This document shows, piece after piece, positions 7,701 to 16,020 of a stretch of 64,000 bases of DNA. Location: NCBI GenBank assembly GCA_963738405.1, contig CAVTWJ010000001.1, forward strand, positions 96,001-160,000, read 5' to 3'. How positions within the stretch are numbered: the stretch's first letter is position 1; every line of letters starts with the position of its first letter. Position numbers and translations under genes: made by a program. This DNA is from a candidate division FCPU426 bacterium (GTDB taxonomy: Bacteria; Oederibacteriota; Muellerivitia; Muellerivitales; Muellerivitaceae). The notes under the pieces were generated by a model. The model was given only the letters and a program-made list of their open reading frames with translations. It made no database searches and had not been told where the DNA came from.

Positions 7701-9878
7701 ATGGCATCAGCTGATACGCAGGTTGTTGTACCGCCGGATATCCGCATCATCCCCACCGCCGACTTGTTCGTCCCAGATTGGAACCCACGGAAAGTTATCA
7801 TCCCTTGGGACTTAGCCAACCTGGTGGCCTTTATGAAGGCGGGTGGTAAACCGCCCCGGATCACCGTTTGGAAAGGTCCTCGGGCCGAGGCCACAAGCCA
7901 AGGCCCAGGGTTGAGGGATGCCGGTTCCATAGGGGAACCGGCCAAATGGGCGATCATCGAGGGTCAAATGCGATTGCTGGCCGCTCAACAGGTGGGCTGG
8001 ACCCACATGGAAGCTGAGGTGGTGGATTGCACCCTGGCAGAGGCTAAGAAGCGGGCCTTCACTTCCAACAACCAGAACAAACCCTTCTGGCTTGATACAG
8101 TCCTAGCCATTGAGGCTCTCTATAAAGATCGGAAGGCCAATGGGGGTACCCAGGAGGGCTTGGGGGACGAATTGGGGGTATCCCAGGCCCGGATTAGTTA
8201 CGCACTCACTATTTCAGAGGCTCTTAACCCGGCTTTAAGGGAATTAATTTATAACAGTGTTATAAAATCTGAGGGCGATTGGCAGGTTAAGGAGCGCCCG
8301 GTCCTCCTTCTCACCGCTATAAAAGACCCCAAATCCTTTAATAAAGCCTTAAATGTGCTCATTGACCGCCATTTAACCATGGGTATGGTCGCCAAACTGG
8401 TCAAATGGGTTCAGGATGGCAATGACCCCGATGGGTTTGGCAAGGCCCCCGCCAAAGCAGATTCGAATGCCCCTCAAGTTGACCCTACGCCATCTGTGCC
8501 GCCCCCCCAAGCCCCGGCGGAGGCATCAACCCAAAATCCAAAAGGGGAGCCAGTTAGCCTCAAACAAGCCGGGGCGGAAGCCTTCCAAGAAGTGAAAACC
8601 CATGTCGCCCATACCCGGTCTCAGGTCAAATCGGGTTCCAAACCCACCCCTAGCCAAAGCCTCCAGCTGATCGGCCATGTCGCCCTGGCGATCGGCAAAT
8701 TCCTACTAAAGGCCCTGGTGTGGGCCTGGGACAAGTTTTGGAAGGCGGTCAAAAGCTCCGCACATGCGGTTTGGGGACTTCTAAAGCGGGTAATAGGCAA
8801 AACGGGGGAAACCCTTCTGCAACTGGGCCTGTTGGTCCTTCTTGGTTGGATGGCTTATAGCTACTTCACCCACCATAACTTTGGCCTGGGGTGGCTTAAA
8901 GATCACCTCTTTCCAAACAAACCCCAAAAGGTCGAACAGGCGAATAATCCGCCCCCCATACCGGTAGTCGAAAAACCAGCGGCGAAAGGGCCCGCGCCCC
9001 AAAGGCCAACAACCCACAAACCCACCCTCCAAACTAACTTGCCGCCCCAATCCTATCTCCCCAGCCATGCTTGGCAGGCATCGGACGAGACCATAGAAAC
9101 GCTGGAGGCTGAGATAGCCTCAATCCCCCGGCCTTCCACGATCAAGGATTATCCCGTCACGCCCGATGGCGCCATCAACCCCGACATGGCGGGGCGCCGA
9201 ACCGGTGATATCCAAAACCCCGATAAATATTCAATGAAGGTGGGGAAGGACACCCAAAAGATCCTCACCCTCATGCCCAACATGTCCAGCCTGGTCCTGA
9301 CCTATCAGGGGGACAACCCGCTCGGAGGCCTTTTGGGCGGGCCCAACAAGATGGAATTTTATTGGGAGGAGGTACGGGCCATCCATACCTGCCAAGTGGA
9401 TGTGATTGCCAACCCTCCCCATACCCTCTACCAATGCTCCCTCCTCGTTTCAGGGTTGAAGGTGCCCTTCACCCTCCAATGCGCGACCAAGGAAGATTTG
9501 GCGCACCTGGTTTCGGCGCTTGAATTTTGGATTCGAAACGCGCAAGGAGGGAAGAATGCGCCTGTGGGCGGGTTGCCCTACCTGCATCAAGGCGTGTTGT
9601 TAGGCGAAGGGGACCGGGTGGATGGGGAGTGGGAAGAAAGCCCGGTGATGAGTTCTGGTCTGATCTCGGGCGACCGCCTTTGGGGTGTGGACCAAATCAC
9701 CAGGACCCAGTCCGGCACGAAAGAACTGGAGGATCAACTGCAAAACTTAAATTCGGGAAGCCACATCCTTTTCGCCATCAATCCAAGCGAGTGGGACAAG
9801 TTGGCAGGAAGCTGGAACAAGCGAGGCGTGAAACCCTACAACCCGAAACTGGAGAAGCTCCAATTACTGGTTCAGTAA
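7701..9878 (+). CDS. ParB/Srx N-terminal domain + HTH protein with predicted TM anchor and C-terminal PH-like/PDZ-like region
   Basis: WNPRK, IIEGQMRLLAA (GxxRxxA), HTH TQEGLGDELGVSQARISYAL, TM LLQLGLLVLLGWMAYSYF, Pro-rich linker; GGAGGT RBS. Confidence 0.8.
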   Translation: MASADTQVVVPPDIRIIPTADLFVPDWNPRKVIIPWDLANLVAFMKAGGKPPRITVWKGPRAEATSQGPGLRDAGSIGEPAKWAIIEGQMRLLAAQQVGWTHMEAEVVDCTLAEAKKRAFTSNNQNKPFWLDTVLAIEALYKDRKANGGTQEGLGDELGVSQARISYALTISEALNPALRELIYNSVIKSEGDWQVKERPVLLLTAIKDPKSFNKALNVLIDRHLTMGMVAKLVKWVQDGNDPDGFGKAPAKADSNAPQVDPTPSVPPPQAPAEASTQNPKGEPVSLKQAGAEAFQEVKTHVAHTRSQVKSGSKPTPSQSLQLIGHVALAIGKFLLKALVWAWDKFWKAVKSSAHAVWGLLKRVIGKTGETLLQLGLLVLLGWMAYSYFTHHNFGLGWLKDHLFPNKPQKVEQANNPPPIPVVEKPAAKGPAPQRPTTHKPTLQTNLPPQSYLPSHAWQASDETIETLEAEIASIPRPSTIKDYPVTPDGAINPDMAGRRTGDIQNPDKYSMKVGKDTQKILTLMPNMSSLVLTYQGDNPLGGLLGGPNKMEFYWEEVRAIHTCQVDVIANPPHTLYQCSLLVSGLKVPFTLQCATKEDLAHLVSALEFWIRNAQGGKNAPVGGLPYLHQGVLLGEGDRVDGEWEESPVMSSGLISGDRLWGVDQITRTQSGTKELEDQLQNLNSGSHILFAINPSEWDKLAGSWNKRGVKPYNPKLEKLQLLVQ

Positions 9879-10012
9879 TTGGAGTCCTCAAACCGTGTAC
9901 TTCGTTTTGTGAACGAAGTACAGAGATGGGATTATCTGTGCCGTAGCCGTTGTTTCTTTGAGGTCGCAAATTGCGACCTCAAGTTGGTCTAAGGTCGCAA
10001 TTTGCGACCTTA
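9858..10012. repeat. Cluster of four perfect palindromes
   Basis: 9858-9884 CTCCAATTACTG-gtt-CAGTAATTGGAG; 9896-9922 TGTACTTCGTT-ttgtg-AACGAAGTACA; 9958-9982 TTGAGGTCGCAA-a-TTGCGACCTCAA; 9990-10012 TAAGGTCGCAA-t-TTGCGACCTTA. Confidence 0.9.
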
Positions 10013-10099
10013 AAAATCAGAATGATGAAAGGACCTGATAAACCCAAGAAACGGATCGGGTTTCTGGAGGAAAGCAAAGGTAGTTACCGGGTAAGATAA
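9952..10099 (+). pseudogene. Remnant of an ORF6N-domain DNA-binding protein gene (internally deleted)
   Basis: Encodes VSLRSQIATSSW and, in another frame, LRSQFATLKIRMMKGPDKPKKRIGFLEESKGSYRVR-stop; both resemble ORF6N motifs (LRSQxATxx and C-terminal PxKxxIGF). Confidence 0.6.
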
Positions 10100-10142
10100 G
10101 GTTAAGTTGAGCAAAACACCTTAACTCTGGCGGGGAACATTC

Positions 10143-10619
10143 ATGTCGCAAAGCCTTCAAATATTCGCCCCGCCGGAATATACCCTGGCCAATTACTTTT
10201 TCCCTAAGCTGCAAGGCGCCCCTTGGAATTTGTCCCTGGTTAAAAATCAAATAACGGTTAGGGAAGAAATTGACCGTACCACAGCCGGGGTTTTGGAAGA
10301 TTATTTGAATAAGCCGAGCGTCTTTTTGAATTTTGAGGGTTTTGTCAATTTTCAGGATATGGCGGACAATAAAATTCACGACCTGCTATTTGAGCCCCCT
10401 TCCCCCGACAACAAATTATTTTCGCTGGATGAAAATTGGGGCACGACCGCCCATTTTCAATACGGTTTCAGCACCATGACTCGGCAAAGGTCGGTGCTGA
10501 CCCGCAAAGTGATCATCAAAATGTTCAACGACCCTAAAATTGTAGTGGCTACTGATTTAGATTGGGTGGGCACGGGGGCGGACTTTGTTGAGGGCTTGGG
10601 AAAGGGCCTTCAGTTCTAG
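10143..10619 (+). CDS. Hypothetical protein
   Basis: 158-aa ORF with GGGG(A) RBS; no motif recognised. Confidence 0.65.
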   Translation: MSQSLQIFAPPEYTLANYFFPKLQGAPWNLSLVKNQITVREEIDRTTAGVLEDYLNKPSVFLNFEGFVNFQDMADNKIHDLLFEPPSPDNKLFSLDENWGTTAHFQYGFSTMTRQRSVLTRKVIIKMFNDPKIVVATDLDWVGTGADFVEGLGKGLQF

Positions 10620-10690
10620 TCTGCGTTCCGAGTATTTTTCACGGCGGTGGTTTTTGATGTTGTTAGAAAAACCAGAAAGGCAGGCAAACC

Positions 10691-11017
10691 ATGGAATGGT
10701 TAAATGATTTCGCTTATTTTTGGGGAGGCGCTTTTCTCACCAACGCGATTCCGCACTTTGTGAGCGGGCAAATGGGGCATCCCTTTCAAAGCCCCTTCGC
10801 GAAACCGCCCGGCCAAGGGCTTTCCTCATCTACCGTGAACGTCTTGTGGGGGTTTTTTAATATCGTGGTGGGTTACCTGCTTCTCGTTCATGTCGGCAAT
10901 TTTGATTTGCGCTCTATCCAACATGTATTTTCAGCGGGTTTAGGTGTGCTTTTGATGTCGCTGGTGAGCGCGCGCGGTTTTGGGCGCTTTAATGGCGGAA
11001 ACTCCCCGGAAAAATGA
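10691..11017 (+). CDS. Conserved hypothetical membrane protein
   Basis: GAFLTNAIPHFVSG..G.PFQSPFAKPPGQGLSSSTVNVLWG; three hydrophobic segments. Confidence 0.8.
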   Translation: MEWLNDFAYFWGGAFLTNAIPHFVSGQMGHPFQSPFAKPPGQGLSSSTVNVLWGFFNIVVGYLLLVHVGNFDLRSIQHVFSAGLGVLLMSLVSARGFGRFNGGNSPEK

Positions 11018-11068
11018 TGGAGCCGGAAAAGGATTCACTTTACCTGCGGAGGGGGAAGGGGTAAATGA

Positions 11069-11341
11069 ATGGAAAAGTGGAGGGTTAGTCTTTCAACGCA
11101 AGCGGAAGACGAACTTGGAAAAATCTATGAAACAAACCCGGATTTAAGGGCGGATCTATTAGCCCGCCTTAAAATTTTGGAGAACTTTCCGCCTGAGAAA
11201 TGGTTCTTTGTTTATAAGCATCAGGGGTTAGACCTTTTTCGCGCCGAGACAGGGCAGATGATTCGTATTTCAGGTGAAGCCCATTTTGCCACCAAGACCG
11301 TTCAAATTACGCATGTGAAACTGATTCGTAAGCCTTCTTGA
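11069..11341 (+). CDS. Putative RelE/ParE-like toxin
   Basis: 90 aa; WRVSLSTQAEDEL..I...ARLKILENFPP pattern of the RelE/ParE fold; precedes an RHH-like gene. Confidence 0.55.
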   Translation: MEKWRVSLSTQAEDELGKIYETNPDLRADLLARLKILENFPPEKWFFVYKHQGLDLFRAETGQMIRISGEAHFATKTVQITHVKLIRKPS

Positions 11342-11366
11342 CGGTGTAATACGCTGGTAATACAAT
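11338..11366 (+). promoter_or_regulatory. Sigma70 promoter with overlapping operator for the putative antitoxin
   Basis: TTGACG-17 bp-TACAAT; TGTAATAC-gctg-GTAATACA imperfect palindrome overlapping the spacer and -10. Confidence 0.7.
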
Positions 11367-11398
11367 TGCCTTAAGGTTTCATAACGGAGGAGGGTGTT

Positions 11399-11719
11399 AT
11401 GCAGGCGATCAACTTTAGGCCCAAAGTAGACCCGGACAAACTTCGACAAATCGCGAAAAAACAACACTATTCCGATTTATCCAGTTTCATCAACGAGGCG
11501 ATTGATGAAAAAATCCGGCAAATCCATGAAAGTCCCAAGGACCACAAACTGGTCAATTCGATCAAGAAGGCCGTATATGAGTATAACGGCTGGGCCTTTT
11601 CCAAGCCCCCTGCCAAGGAAGCGGCTGAGATTAAGCGGAGGGCGGAGGCTATGCGGTCTGGAAAGGCCAAATCCATCCCCTTGGGTGAAGTGATCAAAAA
11701 GTTGTCCGGGAAAAGATAA
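11399..11719 (+). CDS. Putative ribbon-helix-helix antitoxin
   Basis: MQAINFRP beta strand, DLSSFINEAIDEKI helix, C-terminal G.AKSIPLGEV typical of antitoxins; GGAGGAGG RBS. Confidence 0.65.
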   Translation: MQAINFRPKVDPDKLRQIAKKQHYSDLSSFINEAIDEKIRQIHESPKDHKLVNSIKKAVYEYNGWAFSKPPAKEAAEIKRRAEAMRSGKAKSIPLGEVIKKLSGKR

Positions 11720-11896
11720 CCCGAAAAAATCCAAGGGTCCGTCCCAAAGCGACATAGGGATCACCCTGTCGGGGGTGGGCTGGGGGCCTTCCGTGCTCGG
11801 CCCCATTCCTTCGGTTTACCCCTATATCTAGCGTTGATTTAGGCCCATACTCCCCAGGCTAAGCCAATTTCAAAATCATCTTCCGGGGAGTTCCAA

Positions 11897-13327
11897 GTGA
11901 AAAAATGGATAGGCCTATTACTTCTTTTTGCGTTCGCGGGTGGGAACGCCTATGGCGACAATTTTATCCCTGATGGCATTCCACATCCCTATGACATTGC
12001 GGTGGATGCTTCCGGTACCCTTTACGTCACCGATACCTATTCTTATCTCTTGAAAATTACCCCCGCGGGGGTTGTTACGAATCTGCTAGGCCTGTCTCCC
12101 CGTCCAAACATCGGGGGAATCGCGGCCGATAAATCCGGAAATGTTTATGTCACGGATGAAACCGCGAATGTGATCTGGAAAATCTCCCCCGAGGGTGTTT
12201 GGTCGATTTTTGCGGGTTCAAGCGGTGTTGCCGGATCAGCCAACGGAACTGGAACCGCGGCGACTTTCAGAGAACCCAAAGGAATCGCGATCGACGGATC
12301 CGGTAATTTTTATGTCGCGGATATGGGGAATGCATTGATCCGAAAAATCAGCCCAAAGGGCGTTGTGACGACCCTGGCGGGCGGGGGCAAGGGCACAGCC
12401 GCTAATGGAAAAGGAGCGGCCGCATCGTTCAATACCCTCACCGGGATTGGGGTTGATAAAACGGGAAATGTCTATGTCGCGGACTATGGCAGCAACATGA
12501 TCCGAAAAATTACCCCGGGGGGCGTCGTCACGACCTTGGCGGGGACCGAGGGGGTGAATGGGGCCGCTAACGGAACAGGAAAAACCGCGTCATTTAGTAG
12601 TATCAATGGGATTGCTGTGGATCCATCCGGAAACGTTTATGTCGCGGATAAGGGCAATGCCTTGGTGCGAAAAATCACTTCACGGGGTTTGGTAACGACC
12701 CTGGCAGGGGCTCTTGGAACGGTTAAGGGTCAAAATCTCGGCGGGTTTGCCGATGGCACGGGAACCTCCGCGTTGTTTCACACCCCCTATGGGGTCGCGG
12801 TCGATCCATCTGGAAGCGTTTATGTCGCAGACTTTTGGAACAATTCGATCCGGAAAATTAATCCCAAGGGCGTCGTGACGACCGTGGCTGGCTCCAGGCC
12901 TGGAGCGGCTGGCAATTCAACGGCTTCCGTCGGCACGGGGGTCGCGGTGACTTCGGCCGGAAATGGAACCACGCCAGCGAACTCTTCGGCTCCCGCCGGG
13001 CCCATCACCCTTGTCTGCACCCCCGCGACCGGAAAAGGTGATCCGGCCCAGATGATCTTGAATGAGGCGGCTGGCACAGCCGATTTTGGGAGCGATCCGG
13101 TCACCACCGCCACCTTCAATGAAACGACCGTTTGGTGGAAAGTGGTTTCGCAGGACCCGAATTACCAGATCGAATATCAAAAGTACTACACCCTTAGCCG
13201 CCTGACGGGAGTTTTAACTTTTTACACCAGCAGGGGGACGACCGACAACGCCGGGAATACCAAATGGGCCAAGGAACAGGGCCTTGTTTACAATTGCAAG
13301 GTGGGCGTCGAGAAGAGATTGTTCTAG
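11897..13327 (+). CDS. Secreted NHL-repeat beta-propeller protein with a distinct C-terminal domain
   Basis: Signal peptide; repeated GIAVD.SGNVYVAD.GN..IRKI.P.GVVTTLAG. Confidence 0.9.
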   Translation: MKKWIGLLLLFAFAGGNAYGDNFIPDGIPHPYDIAVDASGTLYVTDTYSYLLKITPAGVVTNLLGLSPRPNIGGIAADKSGNVYVTDETANVIWKISPEGVWSIFAGSSGVAGSANGTGTAATFREPKGIAIDGSGNFYVADMGNALIRKISPKGVVTTLAGGGKGTAANGKGAAASFNTLTGIGVDKTGNVYVADYGSNMIRKITPGGVVTTLAGTEGVNGAANGTGKTASFSSINGIAVDPSGNVYVADKGNALVRKITSRGLVTTLAGALGTVKGQNLGGFADGTGTSALFHTPYGVAVDPSGSVYVADFWNNSIRKINPKGVVTTVAGSRPGAAGNSTASVGTGVAVTSAGNGTTPANSSAPAGPITLVCTPATGKGDPAQMILNEAAGTADFGSDPVTTATFNETTVWWKVVSQDPNYQIEYQKYYTLSRLTGVLTFYTSRGTTDNAGNTKWAKEQGLVYNCKVGVEKRLF

Positions 13328-13411
13328 GCGGGGTCCAATCCTCTTCACGGTGGATACCGCAAATGAATTTACCGAGTAAGGTAGGCTCGAATTGACAGTA
13401 ATGGTCAATTT

Positions 13412-13460
13412 GTCATTGCGAGGCCCAGTCCCAATCGGGGCGATTTGGGTCGTGGCAATT
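13412..13460. repeat. REP-like palindromic element (GTCATTGCGAG...CGTGGCAAT type)
   Basis: GTCATTGCGAGGCCCAG...TGGGTCGTGGCAAT with internal stem; related sequence at 23345-23380. Confidence 0.5.
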
Positions 13461-13485
13461 TTCCCATTTGTTTTGGAGGTGCGGA

Positions 13486-14226
13486 GTGACTTTTAAAACC
13501 CTCTTGATAGGGTCTGCCTTAGTTTGGATGACCATGTTGGTGGGCGGTTGCGGTTCGCTTCTGTTATTGAAAAGCACCTGGGCGGACCAGGGCCTTGCCA
13601 GGGGAGCCGATGTGCAGGATTGGCCGGGGGGCGTCACAGCGGTCGGGGACGCGGTTTCCTTAGGGATTTCCAATAACGACGATTTTCTTTTTCTCGCCCT
13701 GGTGGTGAAGGATTTTATAAACACAAACGATAACCCCCCTTACGCCCACTCCCTTGCCGCGAATGGAATGACCGTCTGGGTGGATTCCCAAGGGGGAGAC
13801 CGCAAGGCTCTCAGCATTCATTTTCGCGGTATGGAAGAAGCTGATCCCGGAAGCCAGGACAAGGGCGCGACAGGCAATTCAGCCGACATTTCGGATCAGG
13901 TTATGTCGTCGGATTTGGCGGAGAACGGATTGACCCTCACGGATGAGAAGGGGAAATCCATAAAAACGACCGGTGCGGCATTACAGGCCTATGGTTTCGA
14001 GGCTAGGACATCCTATTCGGGCAGGAGATTCATTTACATCATGAAACTGCCTCTCCATCCCAAGGAAAACTCGCCCTTCCCGCCCGAGTGGGCGAACAGC
14101 AGGGCATGGGGTTTTGGTTTTGAGGGCAAGGACTTTAATGAACATTTGTCGGGCAGCAGCGGCGGGTCCGGCAGTATCTCGGATCATTTTAATCTCTGGG
14201 TCAGCGTGCATTTGGCGTCGAAATAA
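13486..14226 (+). CDS. Hypothetical lipoprotein
   Basis: GTG after GGAGG; hydrophobic signal ending LVGGC; ISNNDDFLFL..GMTVWVD motif. Confidence 0.7.
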   Translation: MTFKTLLIGSALVWMTMLVGGCGSLLLLKSTWADQGLARGADVQDWPGGVTAVGDAVSLGISNNDDFLFLALVVKDFINTNDNPPYAHSLAANGMTVWVDSQGGDRKALSIHFRGMEEADPGSQDKGATGNSADISDQVMSSDLAENGLTLTDEKGKSIKTTGAALQAYGFEARTSYSGRRFIYIMKLPLHPKENSPFPPEWANSRAWGFGFEGKDFNEHLSGSSGGSGSISDHFNLWVSVHLASK

Positions 14227-14309
14227 CCGGTCGTCCGCAATATTTTGGTTTCGGGGTCAGGCCACACTTTAAGACCCGCCCGTTATCAGTCGAAACCTAA
14301 CCCATTAAA

Positions 14310-14359
14310 TTGACAGAATGAGCAATTGGGATTAATGTAATTACGAAGTAATTACATTA
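14310..14359 (+). promoter_or_regulatory. Promoter and palindromic operator of the mazEF-like operon
   Basis: TTGACA at 14310; perfect 12-bp inverted repeat TAATGTAATTAC-gaa-GTAATTACATTA (14333-14359) over the -10 region. Confidence 0.8.
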
Positions 14360-14386
14360 CGAAACCTGGTTTTGAAGGAGAGGGAA

Positions 14387-14638
14387 ATGCGGGCCCAAAT
14401 TATTCAAATCGGCAATTCCCGGGGCGTACGGATTCCTAAGGCTTTGCTGGAGCAGTGCCAGTTGGAGGATGAAGTGGAGTTGGAGGCCCAACCCGGACAG
14501 TTGGTGGTGCGGCCCTTAGGCGGCCCCCGCCATGGGTGGGCCGTGGCCTTCGAGAAAATGGCCCAGTACGGCGATGACGCGCTTCTGGATGAGGGCGGCC
14601 CGGCGACACAGTGGTCCCGTAAAGAATGGAAATGGTAA
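14387..14638 (+). CDS. mazE: AbrB/MazE/SpoVT antitoxin
   Basis: IIQIGNSRGVRIPKALLE, PRHGW..AF, EWKW end overlapping the toxin start. Confidence 0.9.
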   Translation: MRAQIIQIGNSRGVRIPKALLEQCQLEDEVELEAQPGQLVVRPLGGPRHGWAVAFEKMAQYGDDALLDEGGPATQWSRKEWKW

Positions 14639-14955
14639 TTTCGCGTTTTGAGGTCCATCTCGTCCGCTTGGACCCGACGGAAGGCAGTGAGATCAGAAAA
14701 ACCAGGCCCTGTCTGGTCGTCTCACCGGACGAAATGAACCGATACATCCGCACCGTCATTGTGGCCCCGATGACCACGCAGGGAAGGGATTACCCCACCC
14801 GGGTTCCCGTCGAATTCCAGGGAAAACAGGGGCAGGTGGTACTGGACCAGATCCGCACGGTGGATAAAACCAGGCTGGTGAAAAAGCTTGGCAAGCTGAG
14901 TGGCGCGGCTTCCGAAAAAGTGCTCAGGCTATTGGCTGAAATGTTCGCGCCATAA
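14626..14955 (+). CDS. mazF: PemK/MazF endoribonuclease toxin
   Basis: LDPTEGSEIRKTRPCLVVSPDEMN, LDQIRTVDKTRL. Confidence 0.95.
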   Translation: MEMVISRFEVHLVRLDPTEGSEIRKTRPCLVVSPDEMNRYIRTVIVAPMTTQGRDYPTRVPVEFQGKQGQVVLDQIRTVDKTRLVKKLGKLSGAASEKVLRLLAEMFAP

Positions 14956-15008
14956 AGTCCCTAACGTGACCCATTCGGGCTTGCCCCAATTGCAATAAGA
15001 CCTGCCCC

Positions 15009-16013
15009 TTATAAGTCGAAACCCAACCCGGCCTGGAAGGGAAGATAGGTAGAGGTTGTTCCGCCGTTCAGGTCGTAGAGCAGGTCAACCTTCATCTCCA
15101 ACAATAGATTCAGCGCCTGGGCGATAGGAATCTTCAACCCCACCCCGGCTTCTCCCACTGCGCAGGTTTGGGTGTTATCGGGAAGGCTGTGGGACGCGAC
15201 GGTATTGCCCGAGACGGTTTCGCTGTCCATTCCCGTATTAGAAACAAAGGCGACCCCCAAGCCCGCCAAAAGATAGGGCCCCAGTTCCGAACCATAGGCT
15301 GTCAGTTTCGCCGAACCCAGAACCTGCAAACGGGTGTTGGTCTGGGACAGGACATCCTGGCCCGGCGATGTGGAGGGGGAGCTTGGCGGCACCGAAGTAT
15401 AGGTGTTATCCGTAACGACCTGGGAGTTCAGGGCGTAAAAGCCCAAGGAACCGCCCAACGCTAAGTCGGGTGACACCGAGCCATAACAAGCGACAGAGCC
15501 ACCCCAGCCCAGGCCTTGCCCCCCATCCAAACCTTCCTGGCCACCCAAGGCGACATCCAACTCCACATTTGAATGGGAAGAGGTTTTGGCGACGGGCGTG
15601 GGGGTGGGGGTGCTTTCGGGAGTGGCGTTGGAGGGCACCGGGAGATCAATTCCTGGATTATCAAATCCAGAGCCATCGGCTTGGGGTGTCGGGCTAGGTG
15701 CCCCAATTCCTTTTTCGGGAATTGGGACAACCAAAGTAGAGCCCTCGCCTTGTGGGCTCGGGACCCCCATCCCTGTATTTTGGATGGGGGCAATCAAACC
15801 GTTGCCCTCCACTTGAGGTGTCGGGCGAGATGTAGGGGCCTGCGAAGCGGGAAACGTAGTCCAGACATGGCCGATCTCAGGCACAGGTGTGAGGGGATGG
15901 GGCATGGCGGGAAGTGCCAAGTCGGAAGCCGAGGCGCCTGAGTCCGTTTGGGCGAACAGGGCACAGGGAACGGCGGTGTATATAAGAGGGATAAGCCAGA
16001 GGAGCTTTTTCAT
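15009..16013 (-). CDS. Outer-membrane beta-barrel protein with Pro-rich N-terminal extension
   Basis: Signal peptide, Pro/Thr-rich segment, alternating strands (PYLLAGLGV, GEAGVGLKI), C-terminal GLGFDL. Confidence 0.7.
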   Translation of the reverse strand: MKKLLWLIPLIYTAVPCALFAQTDSGASASDLALPAMPHPLTPVPEIGHVWTTFPASQAPTSRPTPQVEGNGLIAPIQNTGMGVPSPQGEGSTLVVPIPEKGIGAPSPTPQADGSGFDNPGIDLPVPSNATPESTPTPTPVAKTSSHSNVELDVALGGQEGLDGGQGLGWGGSVACYGSVSPDLALGGSLGFYALNSQVVTDNTYTSVPPSSPSTSPGQDVLSQTNTRLQVLGSAKLTAYGSELGPYLLAGLGVAFVSNTGMDSETVSGNTVASHSLPDNTQTCAVGEAGVGLKIPIAQALNLLLEMKVDLLYDLNGGTTSTYLPFQAGLGFDL

Positions 16014-16020
16014 AGGCGCA

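Noticed and set aside
9858..10012. CRISPR array or canonical parS sites
   Set aside because: Units differ in sequence, there are no spacers or cas genes, and none matches TGTTTCACGTGAAACA
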